Assembly (NCBI GenBank): GCA_047150005.1
Contig: AP038806.1
Location: forward strand, 3,456,001-3,520,000
Source of the DNA: Nitrospira sp.
Lineage (GTDB): Bacteria; Nitrospirota; Nitrospiria; Nitrospirales; Nitrospiraceae
Direction of reading: 5' to 3'
Length of the DNA stretch: 64,000 nt
In this document: piece by piece, positions 27,221 through 37,154 of the stretch
Numbering within the stretch: position 1 is the stretch's first letter
How the letters are laid out: every line of letters begins with the position of its first letter
The notes under the pieces: model-generated
Seen by the model: only the letters and a program-made list of their open reading frames with translations
Databases searched by the model: none
Told to the model about the DNA's origin: nothing
Made by a program: the position numbers and the translations under genes

Positions 27221-27917
27221 GGGTCCCCCGTCTCGGTTTGTAATCTTTCAACGCTTCGTCCACCAGGGCCCGCATGCCGTCCTGCTGGGCGGCAATGTCT
27301 TTCGTCGCATCCATCGGAATGAGCTGATATTCATCCACGATCTTGTCGTACTGCGCCAGGATCCGTGACTGAAAAATGCGGAAGCTTTCGGTCACGTCCT
27401 GACTCAGGTTCATGTCCATGCCGGCCTCGTAGTACTTGAACTGGCCGCGCGTGCCGCCGAGCAGGCGTGAAATCGCGACCTCGATCGGCACTTTGAAATA
27501 GAAGGCCATGTCCGGCCGGATCGCGAAGCTGTAGAGCTTGCGCACCCATTCGGGGGAGACGCCGCGCACCACGTCGCGCGCGAAGGCGGTGTACATGTAG
27601 CGGTCGGCCAGCACCAGCATGCCGGCTTTGAGCGGCGGCAGGATTTCATGGTAGAGGCGGCTCGCGAAATCGGTCGCATGCAGTAAGCTGAAGGTGGTGG
27701 GCGTGAGGCTCTTGTTCTTCTTGCCGCGCTTGGTCGTGTCCTTGACCAGGTTCGAGGAATTCCATTCGGTGAAGAAGACTTTGTGCCCCCTGGATTCGAG
27801 CCATTTGTGGAGCAACAAGAGCTGCGTGCTCTTGCCGGATCCGTCGATCCCCTCGACGATAATCAGCTTGCCGGGATAGGGATGCGGGGCGTTGGAAGGC
27901 GCGGTCTGATCGGTCAT
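27168..27917 (-). CDS. Thymidylate-kinase-like protein
   Basis: VEGIDGSGKST P-loop; LADRY motif. Confidence 0.85.
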   Translation of the reverse strand: MTDQTAPSNAPHPYPGKLIIVEGIDGSGKSTQLLLLHKWLESRGHKVFFTEWNSSNLVKDTTKRGKKNKSLTPTTFSLLHATDFASRLYHEILPPLKAGMLVLADRYMYTAFARDVVRGVSPEWVRKLYSFAIRPDMAFYFKVPIEVAISRLLGGTRGQFKYYEAGMDMNLSQDVTESFRIFQSRILAQYDKIVDEYQLIPMDATKDIAAQQDGMRALVDEALKDYKPRRGTHGRRSLFWRRFDVPKSE

Positions 27918-29464
27918 GCGTTGTCCTCTTGTGCCGAGAGAATGAAGCGGACCCGTCTACGGAAGACGCGTTCGAACAGGTCGGCGCGGCCTCGCGCCGC
28001 CCAGGCTTCCAATTCCGCGTCGCCCGTGACGTGGGCGGTGATGGCGACGGTATGGCCGAGTCTGACGTCCACGGAGCGCACGACGGAAAACCGCGTGCGG
28101 TCGAGCGCGTCCGCAATCCGGAGCAGCGAGGCCAGAATGCGCACGGTGCGTTGACGTTTCGCCGGCAGGGCCTCGTACCCCTCGTGTTTGGTCTGCGGCA
28201 AGGCGCGCCGGTGATAGCGCGCCACGTTGGCGATGATCTGCAGCTCATCGGCCGAGAGGCCGCCCAAGCCGCTGTGGGTAATCAGATAGTAGGCATGCTT
28301 GTGATGCTGGCGCTCGTTGATGAGGTAGCCCACGTCGTGGAGAATGGCGGCGTACTCCAGCCAGTCCCGCTCGGCCTGGCCGAGCCCGTGCAATCGCTTG
28401 GTCTGGTCGAACAGACGCAACGCCAGGCCGGCGACGTGCAGACTGTGCGCTTCGGGAGCCTGACAGCGGCGGGCAAACGCCATGACGTTTCGCCGGCGCA
28501 GATCGGGAATCTCCGCTTCCGCTTTGAGCCGTTCCTTGTGACGGACGACGAAATCGTAGATGACGCCTTCGCGGATGGCTTTGTCGCAGAGCACCATCTC
28601 GTCGCGTTCCGTGAGTTCCATCACGCGGCGCAGCACGATGGCGGCGGGAAACAGCGTGTCCACCCGCTTGCTGTCCAGGCCTGCAATGGTCAGTCGCTCC
28701 TTGATGGTCGAGCGCCGAAGCTCCTGCTCGATTTCCTTGATGTCCTTGAGGCTGACCGTGGCGAGGTTGAGCTGAGGCAGCGGCCGTCCGGTCTTTTTCA
28801 GATGAATGACTTCGGCGAGATTGCCGGCCATACCGGAGGTGGCGATGAAGGAGTCGAATCGCTTGGTCTTGAACGAATCCAGCGCCCCCTTCAATCGCTC
28901 GGTGACCACATCTTCGAGTGCGCGCAGCATGCCCTCCGAAGGCGGCGTGCGTTTCAAAAATTGGTCGGCGAGTCTGATGGCGCCAAGCTTGAGGCTCTTC
29001 ACATGCAGCAGTTGGTCACGGTTGCCCACCATGAGTTCCACTGAACCGCCGCCCACATCGACCGCCAGCACAGGCTGCTCGCCCATGGGCACACTGTTCT
29101 TTACGGCAAAGAAAATCAGGCGGGCTTCTTCGTTTCCGGATACGACCCTGATCGTGAGCCGAAGCTGCTCCGTGACCAGATCGATGAAATCGCCGCCGTT
29201 CTTGGCTTCGCGCACGGCGCTGGTGGCCACGGCCACGATGCGATCATAGCCCTTGTTCCGAGCGAGGGTGACGAGCTGGCGCAGGACCTCCAGTCCACGG
29301 GCGATGGCCTCATCGGAGAGCCGCTGCGATTCGAACATTCCGTCGCCCAGCCGGGCCATGTTCTTGAAACGGTCAACAATCTTGTAGTTTCCGTCGGGTT
29401 GAACCTCAGCCAGTACCATGTGGATGGAATTGGTTCCGATATCGATAACGGCCAGTTTGGTCAT
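27914..29464 (-). CDS. ppx: Exopolyphosphatase Ppx/GppA with HD domain
   Basis: IDIGTNS, ATSAVREA, DVGGGSVE and LHDVG motifs. Confidence 0.95.
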   Translation of the reverse strand: MTKLAVIDIGTNSIHMVLAEVQPDGNYKIVDRFKNMARLGDGMFESQRLSDEAIARGLEVLRQLVTLARNKGYDRIVAVATSAVREAKNGGDFIDLVTEQLRLTIRVVSGNEEARLIFFAVKNSVPMGEQPVLAVDVGGGSVELMVGNRDQLLHVKSLKLGAIRLADQFLKRTPPSEGMLRALEDVVTERLKGALDSFKTKRFDSFIATSGMAGNLAEVIHLKKTGRPLPQLNLATVSLKDIKEIEQELRRSTIKERLTIAGLDSKRVDTLFPAAIVLRRVMELTERDEMVLCDKAIREGVIYDFVVRHKERLKAEAEIPDLRRRNVMAFARRCQAPEAHSLHVAGLALRLFDQTKRLHGLGQAERDWLEYAAILHDVGYLINERQHHKHAYYLITHSGLGGLSADELQIIANVARYHRRALPQTKHEGYEALPAKRQRTVRILASLLRIADALDRTRFSVVRSVDVRLGHTVAITAHVTGDAELEAWAARGRADLFERVFRRRVRFILSAQEDNA

Positions 29465-29606
29465 GAATCAGGACTGCAAAATCAATAGGTTGGAGTTGAA
29501 AGTGCTCACCAGGCCCTGTATAGAATCGGTAAAGGTTAAAACGGACGATAAAGAATGAGCGGAGGCCTGTCAAGGCCGTGATTGATTAAATTATTGTGAT
29601 ATTTCC

Positions 29607-30506
29607 ATGACTTTGAGGAGAAATCCCAGGGGACTGCAGCCTCCGCCTCGATTCATCGTCGTCACCGGTGCCTCGACCGGGATCGGTGCAGCCTGCGCCT
29701 TGTCCTGCGCCAGCCACGCTATGACCGTCTTCGCCGGCGTGCGGTCCCGGGAAGCCGGCGAGGCATTGCGTCAGCAGGGAGGAGAGCGCCTCATCCCGAT
29801 TCCACTCGATGTCACCGACCCGGAATCGATCCGGCAAGCGGAAACGGTCGTGCGTGAAACCGTGGGCCTGGCAGGCGTGAGCGGCCTGGTGAATAACGCC
29901 GGCATCGCCGTCGGCAGCCCGTTGGAGGTCATTCCGATCGATGCCCTGCGGAGACAGCTCGAGGTGAACGTGATCGGGCAGGTTCTGATCACACAGGCGT
30001 TCCTGCCGTTGATCCGACTCGCGCGCGGCCGGATCGTCAACATGGGCTCCATCGCGGGACGCGGGACGATCCCGGTCATGGGACCCTATTCAGCCTCGAA
30101 ACATGCCCTGGAGGCGTTGACGGATGCGCTGAGGTTGGAGCTCCAGCCCTGGGGACTTCATGTGTCGATCATCGAACCAGGTGCCGTTGCGACGCCGATC
30201 TGGGAGAAGTCGACGAAGGTCGGCGACGAGATCGCTGCATCGGCAGGCCCGGCCGCGCTGGCTCTCTACGGAGAGCTGGTGGCGCGGGTCAAGGACAGGG
30301 TCGCTCAATCGGCGAGGAGGGCGATCTCACCGGACGTCGTGGCACACATGGTGCTTCATGCCCTGACCGCGACGAAACCGAAAACCCGATATCTGGTGGG
30401 GTCCGACGCAAAAATCCGGGCCCTGATGCTCCGGTGGCTTCCCGATCGGGCGCATGACTGGATTTTGACGAAGGTTCTGGCGCTCCCGGGGTGGAATACT
30501 AAATAG
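29607..30506 (+). CDS. Short-chain dehydrogenase/reductase
   Basis: TGASTGIG, NNAG and YSASK motifs. Confidence 0.93.
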   Translation: MTLRRNPRGLQPPPRFIVVTGASTGIGAACALSCASHAMTVFAGVRSREAGEALRQQGGERLIPIPLDVTDPESIRQAETVVRETVGLAGVSGLVNNAGIAVGSPLEVIPIDALRRQLEVNVIGQVLITQAFLPLIRLARGRIVNMGSIAGRGTIPVMGPYSASKHALEALTDALRLELQPWGLHVSIIEPGAVATPIWEKSTKVGDEIAASAGPAALALYGELVARVKDRVAQSARRAISPDVVAHMVLHALTATKPKTRYLVGSDAKIRALMLRWLPDRAHDWILTKVLALPGWNTK

Positions 30507-30516
30507 AGGAGGGGAA

Positions 30517-30603
30517 AATACGAATCTCGAAATACGAAACTCGAAACCGGAAATGACACGCCGGACCCGAACCACGAAATTCGAATCTCAAGACCCGAAC
30601 CCC
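30517..30603. repeat. Degenerate heptamer tandem repeat between convergent genes
   Basis: aatacgaatctcgaaatacgaaactcgaaacc...acccgaaccacgaaattcgaatctcaagacccgaa. Confidence 0.6.
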
Positions 30604-30607
30604 GGTC

Positions 30608-31042
30608 TCAGCCGACGAGATCGGGATTGAGACGATTCAACGAGCGGATGGACAGAGCCTTGATCTCGTTGTAGATGATCGTGCGGCCGGCCTGGCGCAG
30701 CCTCGTGAATATGCCTTCGACGATCACTTGATCGCCTTCACGCACTTCCGCTTGACCGAGACCGATCACCTTGACCGTTCCCGCGTGGTCTTTGAGGAGA
30801 AATCCGTAGGCGGGCTGGCCTTGACGATTCGTCGCGAGTTGGACATTGGTGACTTCACCGCTCACAACGACCTCCTGACGGTCGTATTGTTCGGGATGGG
30901 AGATCAAGTCCGCCAGATCCAGTAGGCCGGCTGCGGAGGCTGTCAGTGGAGCGGCAAGAGTTCCCAACAGGAAAACGGCGTACCGGAACCGAGCGATAAG
31001 AGGCCGGGCAGGACGCGGCGAATGCTGTATGACAAATCGCAT
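30608..31042 (-). CDS. Exported OB-fold protein
   Basis: Signal peptide; YDRQEVVVSGEV...LKDHAGTVKV...GDQVIVEG OB-fold pattern. Confidence 0.7.
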   Translation of the reverse strand: MRFVIQHSPRPARPLIARFRYAVFLLGTLAAPLTASAAGLLDLADLISHPEQYDRQEVVVSGEVTNVQLATNRQGQPAYGFLLKDHAGTVKVIGLGQAEVREGDQVIVEGIFTRLRQAGRTIIYNEIKALSIRSLNRLNPDLVG

Positions 31043-31197
31043 GGTGCCTCCTCAGAATGGCACTACTATACCGTGGCCTTCCCGGTTTGAAAAGCGTTCA
31101 ATTTCCTGTCGTGTTATCTTCTTGATGTGCGCCGGCGCTTACAGGCCGGCTTGAATCGACGAGGATGGACGCAAGGCGTTCGAGCGCGTCGGAGAGG

Positions 31198-32388
31198 CTA
31201 CCACTTACCCCCGCCGTACAGATCGGGATGTTGTTCCCCGAACATGCTCTTGAGCACGTGCTCTCTCATGTCGTTTGCCGGGTCGGTGGATTTCTTCTCG
31301 AGCAGCTTCGTGTCTTCTTCCTGATCGTGGGGTTTGGGGGTGATGCGGGCCAGCAGCGTCTCGTCGATGGATTCCGGTGAGGTGTCCGTGTCGCCCAGAA
31401 TCGCCGCCAGCCGCTGGAGGCCGAAGAGGTTTCTGGTCACTTCCGACAGAACGGCGTTGGAGCTGGCGCCCTGGACGAGCGACAACCAGAACTTGGTTTC
31501 CACGTCCTCGGTGAGGGTTCCTCCCACCAACAACGTCAGCTTTTCGATGAGGTTCGCTTCCGTGCGCTCCAGGCCGTCATAAGTGGAGACCGATCGCTGC
31601 ACGGGCCGTGTGGCCAGCACAGTGAACGTCTCTTTCCACAAATCGATCGGCGGTGGCGCTTGTCCGGTGCCGGTGACCGTTCCCTGCAGCGCGGCCTGCA
31701 GGGCCTGCAGGTACGCCGTCATGTGTTTGACCTTGCGCGCCGCCAGGCTGCCGGCGGGAATGCCCCAGATATGGGCGATTTCATGATCCTGAAGCGGCTG
31801 ATAATCGGCCGACTGGCGTTCGCGAGCCGCCAACGCCAACCGCTTCCGATACCGTTCGGCGAAACGGAGTTGGATTTGCACCTCGATGCCGAGTCTCTGT
31901 TGCTGATAGTCCTCGAGGGGGATCCCCTGCGCCTCCCACCGCTGCTCCAACATGCGGACGGCCGGTCTGTGAACAGCCGTGCGGGCCTGGGATTGCAGGG
32001 CCTCCAAGGCTTCGGGCTGCAGATTGAATCGGGAGGTCAAGAGGTGAGCGGCCCGCTCGGCCATCAACTCCCGCAGCCGCAACAACGTGGTGAGGCACTC
32101 GGTCTGCAGCCATGTCCGTTCGCGCTTCAACCGGACTTGGCGGAAATACTGGTCGCGTTTGTCCCGGACCGCCCTCACGGCTTCTTGGGTCAGAATATTG
32201 TGAGTCGGCTTTGTGCCCGCGACGCACCGGGGATCCGGCCGATCCATTGTCATGTAGTTGATTTCTTCGTCCGAGACGTCGAAGTGCTGCAACAGAATCA
32301 GATGGAGCATGATCCGACCCTGAATCGGCATCGCATCGATGACCGATTCGACGAGAGACGGCGTGAGCAGCGACGTGGCAGTGGACAT
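31198..32388 (-). CDS. Hypothetical alpha-helical protein
   Basis: 396-aa ORF with genome-like codon usage, 4 nt downstream of the 32393-32605 gene. Confidence 0.75.
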   Translation of the reverse strand: MSTATSLLTPSLVESVIDAMPIQGRIMLHLILLQHFDVSDEEINYMTMDRPDPRCVAGTKPTHNILTQEAVRAVRDKRDQYFRQVRLKRERTWLQTECLTTLLRLRELMAERAAHLLTSRFNLQPEALEALQSQARTAVHRPAVRMLEQRWEAQGIPLEDYQQQRLGIEVQIQLRFAERYRKRLALAARERQSADYQPLQDHEIAHIWGIPAGSLAARKVKHMTAYLQALQAALQGTVTGTGQAPPPIDLWKETFTVLATRPVQRSVSTYDGLERTEANLIEKLTLLVGGTLTEDVETKFWLSLVQGASSNAVLSEVTRNLFGLQRLAAILGDTDTSPESIDETLLARITPKPHDQEEDTKLLEKKSTDPANDMREHVLKSMFGEQHPDLYGGGKW

Positions 32389-32392
32389 GACG

Positions 32393-32605
32393 CTAGGCGG
32401 TTCCTGTTCTCTGAGTTTCCAAGTAGGTGGCGACGTATTCCCGGACTTGCTGAACCGAACCGCTGACGTACAGTTCCCTGGGGATCTCCACGCGGGTCAG
32501 CGTCGCAGGATCGATGCCCCGTTCCGTGGCGTAGTCCTCGTCGATGTAGAGGCTGACGGAACCGTCGGCGTGTCTGATGGCGTAGAGCGCATTATTATCG
32601 GCCAT
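32393..32605 (-). CDS. Small hypothetical protein
   Basis: MADNNALYAIRHADGSVSLYIDE...; abuts the downstream gene. Confidence 0.7.
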   Translation of the reverse strand: MADNNALYAIRHADGSVSLYIDEDYATERGIDPATLTRVEIPRELYVSGSVQQVREYVATYLETQRTGTA

Positions 32606-32702
32606 GGGAGCGACCACCGTCTGTCTGGATGCCGTCGAAGTTGATCTACAGGTAACACATGCGCGAGCGTACTGTCAAAGACCGGAGCGGCTTCCAACCC
32701 AT

Positions 32703-33350
32703 TCATTTCCCGAGCAGAATCCGTCTTCGCCACACGACATAGACGGTCGAGACGACGATGGCGACCAGCAAGGTGTTTCGGATGCGTCCCGGCCCGAAAC
32801 AGGTGAGATTGACCAGGCCGTTGGTGAAGCCGTAGGCCGCGTAAATGAGGTAGAGAAACAGCGACCAGCGCGTGAGTCTCATGAATCCTACGCCGACGCT
32901 TAGATGCAGGACGGGGGAGATGGCTTTGGTCAGAAACCCTGGAATACCTTCCAGCTTGGTGCAGTAGAAGGGCAGGAGATAGTCGAGATTCTTGAGGATA
33001 ATCCAGGTGTCGTTGACCGCGCTGACAATCAGGAGCAGGCCGAGAAACCGGATATCGTGCCCCTTCGTCCAGACCCGGTTCCACGTGCGGAGCCAGTCGG
33101 CTGTATCGGCGCTCGGACCCAGAAAGGCATCGTAGCTTTGGAAGGCCCACCAGGGCAGCGCCAGGAGCATGAACAAGAACACCTCGGCGGCTCTGCCGGA
33201 AATACGGCCGAGAGCCAGGCTGAGAGCGAACAGGAGGATGGTCGTTGCGCAGGCCGCTAGGGCCTGGACATACCGCTGTTGCGCCAGCTGTCCCAGACCG
33301 GGGAAGAGGAGCGAGAGGAGGGCGGCGCGCTGGTCGTGCGATCCAGGCAT
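32703..33350 (-). CDS. Hypothetical integral membrane protein
   Basis: AALLSLLFPGLGQ (TM2-like start) and several TM segments. Confidence 0.75.
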   Translation of the reverse strand: MPGSHDQRAALLSLLFPGLGQLAQQRYVQALAACATTILLFALSLALGRISGRAAEVFLFMLLALPWWAFQSYDAFLGPSADTADWLRTWNRVWTKGHDIRFLGLLLIVSAVNDTWIILKNLDYLLPFYCTKLEGIPGFLTKAISPVLHLSVGVGFMRLTRWSLFLYLIYAAYGFTNGLVNLTCFGPGRIRNTLLVAIVVSTVYVVWRRRILLGK

Positions 33351-33354
33351 TCTG

Positions 33355-33413
33355 AAGGCTAAGGCTCAGGCTGAGGTTCAGATTCTTCTTAGCCTCAGCC
33401 TTAACCTCAACCT
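33355..33413. repeat. Inverted hexamer arrays forming a long hairpin
   Basis: aaggctaaggctcaggctgaggtt / agcctcagccttaacctcaacct. Confidence 0.7.
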
Positions 33414-33422
33414 ATCTATTTT

Positions 33423-34145
33423 CTAGCCGCCGAGCGTGTCGAGCGTCTCTTTGAGGCTCCGGCGGATGCAGGTGAAGATCGGAGTGTCGCGCAGGGTATA
33501 GCGGGAACCTTCCGTTTCTCTGAGCGCCATGACCAGATCCAGAAAATCCTCCGGCTTGTCGCTCTCGAACGCCACGACCCATTCCTGATCGTCCAGACCG
33601 AACGAGTAGGTGGTGTTGAGCTTGACGGACGGAAACCGATGCCCGACTTCAATGTGTTCGTCCATCATGCCCTGGCGAGCCGCCTTCGTCAGGAGGAACC
33701 ATTCACGGGTCTTGAGGAACGGATAGACGAAGATGTACTTGCTCTTGCCGGGAACGACCGTCAGCCGCTTGCTCTCCTGCCCTTCATGCGAATGGTTGTC
33801 CACGTAGATCGAGCGCTTCGTCATGGACAGGTACGAATAGGGAGTCGAGAGGTACTTGCCCAGGCCGGACGCCATGATCTTGGTGCTCATTTCCTGGAAG
33901 AGCTCGAGCTCGTAGCTGATCCGCCACAACATGATGTCGCAATCGCCGCGGATGCCGACAGCCGAATAGGCGATCACCAGCACCTTGCCGCTGTAGTCTT
34001 CGACCGCGCGCAGAAACTCCTGTTTGCCCCTCGTTCGCTCGTCTTCCGGGAGCCGCCGCCACGCCGGATCGACCTTGTAGAAAACGAAGTTCACGTACTG
34101 GCGCTTGGGGGTCTGCTGTGGTGCTTGTTGCTCCGGGGCTGCCAT
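33423..34145 (-). CDS. Chlorite-dismutase-family haem protein, ChdC/HemQ-like
   Basis: VYPFLKTREW, MMDEH and SFGLDDQEWVVAFE motifs; Leu at the position of the Cld catalytic Arg. Confidence 0.85.
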   Translation of the reverse strand: MAAPEQQAPQQTPKRQYVNFVFYKVDPAWRRLPEDERTRGKQEFLRAVEDYSGKVLVIAYSAVGIRGDCDIMLWRISYELELFQEMSTKIMASGLGKYLSTPYSYLSMTKRSIYVDNHSHEGQESKRLTVVPGKSKYIFVYPFLKTREWFLLTKAARQGMMDEHIEVGHRFPSVKLNTTYSFGLDDQEWVVAFESDKPEDFLDLVMALRETEGSRYTLRDTPIFTCIRRSLKETLDTLGG

Positions 34146-34470
34146 GGACTCCTCCGTGTAACGATACGTCTTGTCTTAATAAGGCGGATTAGCGTGCGGA
34201 CTGCAGTGTTTATCACTTCGACTTTTGCTTTGTCAACGGGGCCGGGGACGCGCCGGCGGCTCGTTGACAGGGCTCCGGCGATCTGTTACTGGCAGCATGG
34301 CAGACCCTGGACATTTCGACTTCCGCGGCATCCCATTGGTCGGATGTCGGATCTCCCGTGGTGCGCTGCGTGGTCGCTGCGATACTTCGCTGCGGATGTG
34401 CGCGAGACGACCGTCGGCCACGAGACGGTGATCGGAACGCGGCAGTGCGCGACAGTCGACGGAGGGAACC

Positions 34471-35097
34471 ATGTGTCGTCATCGTGCAGCGCATCGGCTT
34501 CGATCGGACGCGACGCGGCCGGTGACTGCGGCCGTGCTGTTGACGCTGAGCTGTCTCGGGACACCGGCGGCGGCGATCGAGGTCGCCCCGACCAATGAGC
34601 AGGTGCACGCGGCGCTGGCTCGAGGCAAGGACGCGGCCGAGCGCCATGATCCGCCCGATAGTTTTTATGTGCGCTTCGGTTCGACGGACGGGCTTCATCC
34701 GAGCGGATTCTTGATCACCAAGCTGGGCTCGTTATCCGTGATGGCGACTCACATGGCGCTTCGCGGAGCGGAACCCAGCGACGCGGACATCATGCAGGTG
34801 TTGGAAACCAAGACCATGCTGGTCAGCACCGTCATCTTCGGCGATATGCCGACGATTGCCGCCGAGAGTTACATGGTGTTTGATCAGAGCGGGCATACAA
34901 TCAAGCCCGTGACCGTGCGATTCGATGGACAGGGCAGCCGCAGCGCGGCATGGCCGGACAGCCCCCGCTTCAAGGCCAAAGTGATTGCATCCTTCAACTA
35001 TGCGGATTTCGATCCGAACGCCCAGACGACCCTGACCGTTTTTCCGGCCAACGGTGGTGAAGTGAGTTTTACCCTCGATTTGTCACAGTTCCCATAA
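34471..35097 (+). CDS. Exported hypothetical protein
   Basis: Signal peptide ending AAA|IEV; RBS GGAGGGA. Confidence 0.7.
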   Translation: MCRHRAAHRLRSDATRPVTAAVLLTLSCLGTPAAAIEVAPTNEQVHAALARGKDAAERHDPPDSFYVRFGSTDGLHPSGFLITKLGSLSVMATHMALRGAEPSDADIMQVLETKTMLVSTVIFGDMPTIAAESYMVFDQSGHTIKPVTVRFDGQGSRSAAWPDSPRFKAKVIASFNYADFDPNAQTTLTVFPANGGEVSFTLDLSQFP

Positions 35098-35124
35098 CGG
35101 GCACGCCGGTGCCCGATCGATAAC

Positions 35125-36420
35125 ATGCCGCCAAGACGTCCCGCGCCACCTCTGCACCTTGCCGAAACCATCGCCGTCGGGTCGGAACTCCTGGTCGGCG
35201 GACGAACCGACTCGAACTCATTGCGGATCGCGGAGGAATTTGGCCGCCTCGGCATCGCGGTCCGTTTCAAATCGATCGTCGGAGACGACCGCAGGGACAT
35301 TCGAAGCGCAGTGGCGACGGCTGCCGGCCGAGCCGGCGTGATTGTGCTGACAGGCGGGCTCGGACCGACCGTGGACGACTGCACGCGCGAAGCCATCGCA
35401 AACGTGACCGGCCGGCGGTTGGCCCGACGCAAGGAAGCTTTTGAGGCGTTGAAGGCCAGGCTCGCGGAATGGGGGCGGACCCCCAACGCGGGTCAGCGCC
35501 GGCAAGCCCTGATACCGGCCGGCGCCACGGTGATCTCCAATCCCGTGGGCTCCGCCCCGGGCTTCTGGATGAAATGGAACGGCGCCTTGCTGGTTTCCCT
35601 GCCTGGGGTTCCGTGGGAAATGGAGGCGATGCTACGGGATTCCATCACCACGCTCTTGACCTCGGAACTGACCCGCGCGCGCATGAGGCCGTCTCCCATC
35701 ACTCGCCTCGTGTTCCACACGTTCGGGCTTCCGGAAGCCGAGGTCGATGCCAAACTCAAGGGACTCATCAAGCCTGGGACGCCGGTGGACCTGGGACTTC
35801 TCGCGGCGCCGACCGGTGTCTTGGTCTCGCTGACGACCAGGCCGTCGCCGGCTTTGAGCGGACCAAGGCTGCAGCGGCTGGCGGAGGGCGTGCGGTCGCG
35901 GTTACGAGATTGGCTTTATGCCGAGGGACCGGAGAGTATGGAAGAAGTCGTCGGCCGGCTCCTGACGTCGCAGCACAAAACCGTGGCGGTGGCGGAGTCC
36001 TGTACCGGGGGACTGATCGGCCATCGGTTGACCCAGGTGCCCGGTTCGTCGGCCTACGTCGATCGCGGCGTGATCTGTTATAGCAACCAGGCGAAGATCG
36101 ATCTGCTCGGCGTACCGCCGTCGTTGATCGAGCGGCACGGCGCGGTCAGCGCGGAGGTGGCCTCGGCCATGGCGCAGGGGATGAGAGAGCGAAGCGGGGT
36201 TTCGGTGGCGCTGAGCGTCACCGGCATCGCCGGACCGGGAGGCGCGACGGCGACCAAACCGGTGGGACTGGTCTATCTCGGTCTCGACGCGGAGGACGGC
36301 CGGTCGATCGCCAAGGAATATCGTTTCAGCGGCGACCGTACGGTCGTCAAACAACGGGCCTCTCAGGCAGCGCTGGATGTGCTCCGGCGTTGGCTCCTGG
36401 ACCAGGCGGCGCTCGGTTGA
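35125..36420 (+). CDS. cinA: Competence/damage-inducible protein CinA (MCD + NMN deamidase)
   Basis: VGSELL, GGLGPTVDD, AESCTGG and TGIAGPGG motifs. Confidence 0.95.
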   Translation: MPPRRPAPPLHLAETIAVGSELLVGGRTDSNSLRIAEEFGRLGIAVRFKSIVGDDRRDIRSAVATAAGRAGVIVLTGGLGPTVDDCTREAIANVTGRRLARRKEAFEALKARLAEWGRTPNAGQRRQALIPAGATVISNPVGSAPGFWMKWNGALLVSLPGVPWEMEAMLRDSITTLLTSELTRARMRPSPITRLVFHTFGLPEAEVDAKLKGLIKPGTPVDLGLLAAPTGVLVSLTTRPSPALSGPRLQRLAEGVRSRLRDWLYAEGPESMEEVVGRLLTSQHKTVAVAESCTGGLIGHRLTQVPGSSAYVDRGVICYSNQAKIDLLGVPPSLIERHGAVSAEVASAMAQGMRERSGVSVALSVTGIAGPGGATATKPVGLVYLGLDAEDGRSIAKEYRFSGDRTVVKQRASQAALDVLRRWLLDQAALG

Positions 36421-36436
36421 TCCCACAGGCGGTCGC

Positions 36437-37042
36437 ATGATCCGCGCCTTCCTTGCCATCGTACCGGATGCCGAGCTGCTCAGATGTCTCGTCCTGGTGC
36501 AGCAGGATCTCAGACAACGGCTGATGCGGGAACTTCCGCGCACTGTCCGACTCTCCTGGGTACAACCGGCTTCGATCCATCTGACGATGAAGTTTCTGGG
36601 CGACATCCCGGACGACCTCGTGCCGGTGTTGCGTGACGCGATCACTCAAGCCGTGAGCGGCCATAGGGCCCTGACGATTCCGCTGGAACGACTGGGAGCC
36701 TTTCCGGACGCCAGGCGTCCAAGAGTGCTCTGGGCCGGTCCTGCCGAGTCGTGGGAGCGCGGCGAGGACAGCGGGCGACTCGCGGCGATGCATCAGGCGA
36801 TCGAGATGGGCTGCCGGGCCGTTGATCTTGCACCGGACACCAGGGCGCTGACTCCCCATCTCACGTTGGCGCGGGTTAGGGAAGGTGAACGTCAGCTCGG
36901 CCCTCTGTTGGCCCGGTACGGCAAGCTGGACGATCCGATCAGTCCCGGGTTCCTGGTGGCCGGCTCCGTGGCCTTGATACGCAGCGAGCTGCATCCCACC
37001 GGCTCGGTCTACACACCCCTGTGGCATGTCCGACTGGTGTGA
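36437..37042 (+). CDS. thpR: RNA 2',3'-cyclic phosphodiesterase
   Basis: Two HxT motifs (HLTMKFLG, PHLTLAR). Confidence 0.92.
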   Translation: MIRAFLAIVPDAELLRCLVLVQQDLRQRLMRELPRTVRLSWVQPASIHLTMKFLGDIPDDLVPVLRDAITQAVSGHRALTIPLERLGAFPDARRPRVLWAGPAESWERGEDSGRLAAMHQAIEMGCRAVDLAPDTRALTPHLTLARVREGERQLGPLLARYGKLDDPISPGFLVAGSVALIRSELHPTGSVYTPLWHVRLV

Positions 37043-37154
37043 TGCGGGTTTGCTGGGTTTCGGTCCGAAGACGTCACCGCAGAGAGATCCCTGACCTTCC
37101 CGGGGATGAATGCTCACAATTATTGGGGAGCGTGACCGTTTCGGTCTGGGGGTC

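Noticed and set aside
29607..30506. SDR as part of the oxylipin pathway
   Set aside because: It is separated from the operon by the ppx cluster and oppositely oriented; nothing links them.
33423..34145. Functional chlorite dismutase
   Set aside because: The distal catalytic Arg position holds Leu and the YP..K motif fits ChdC/HemQ-like proteins better.
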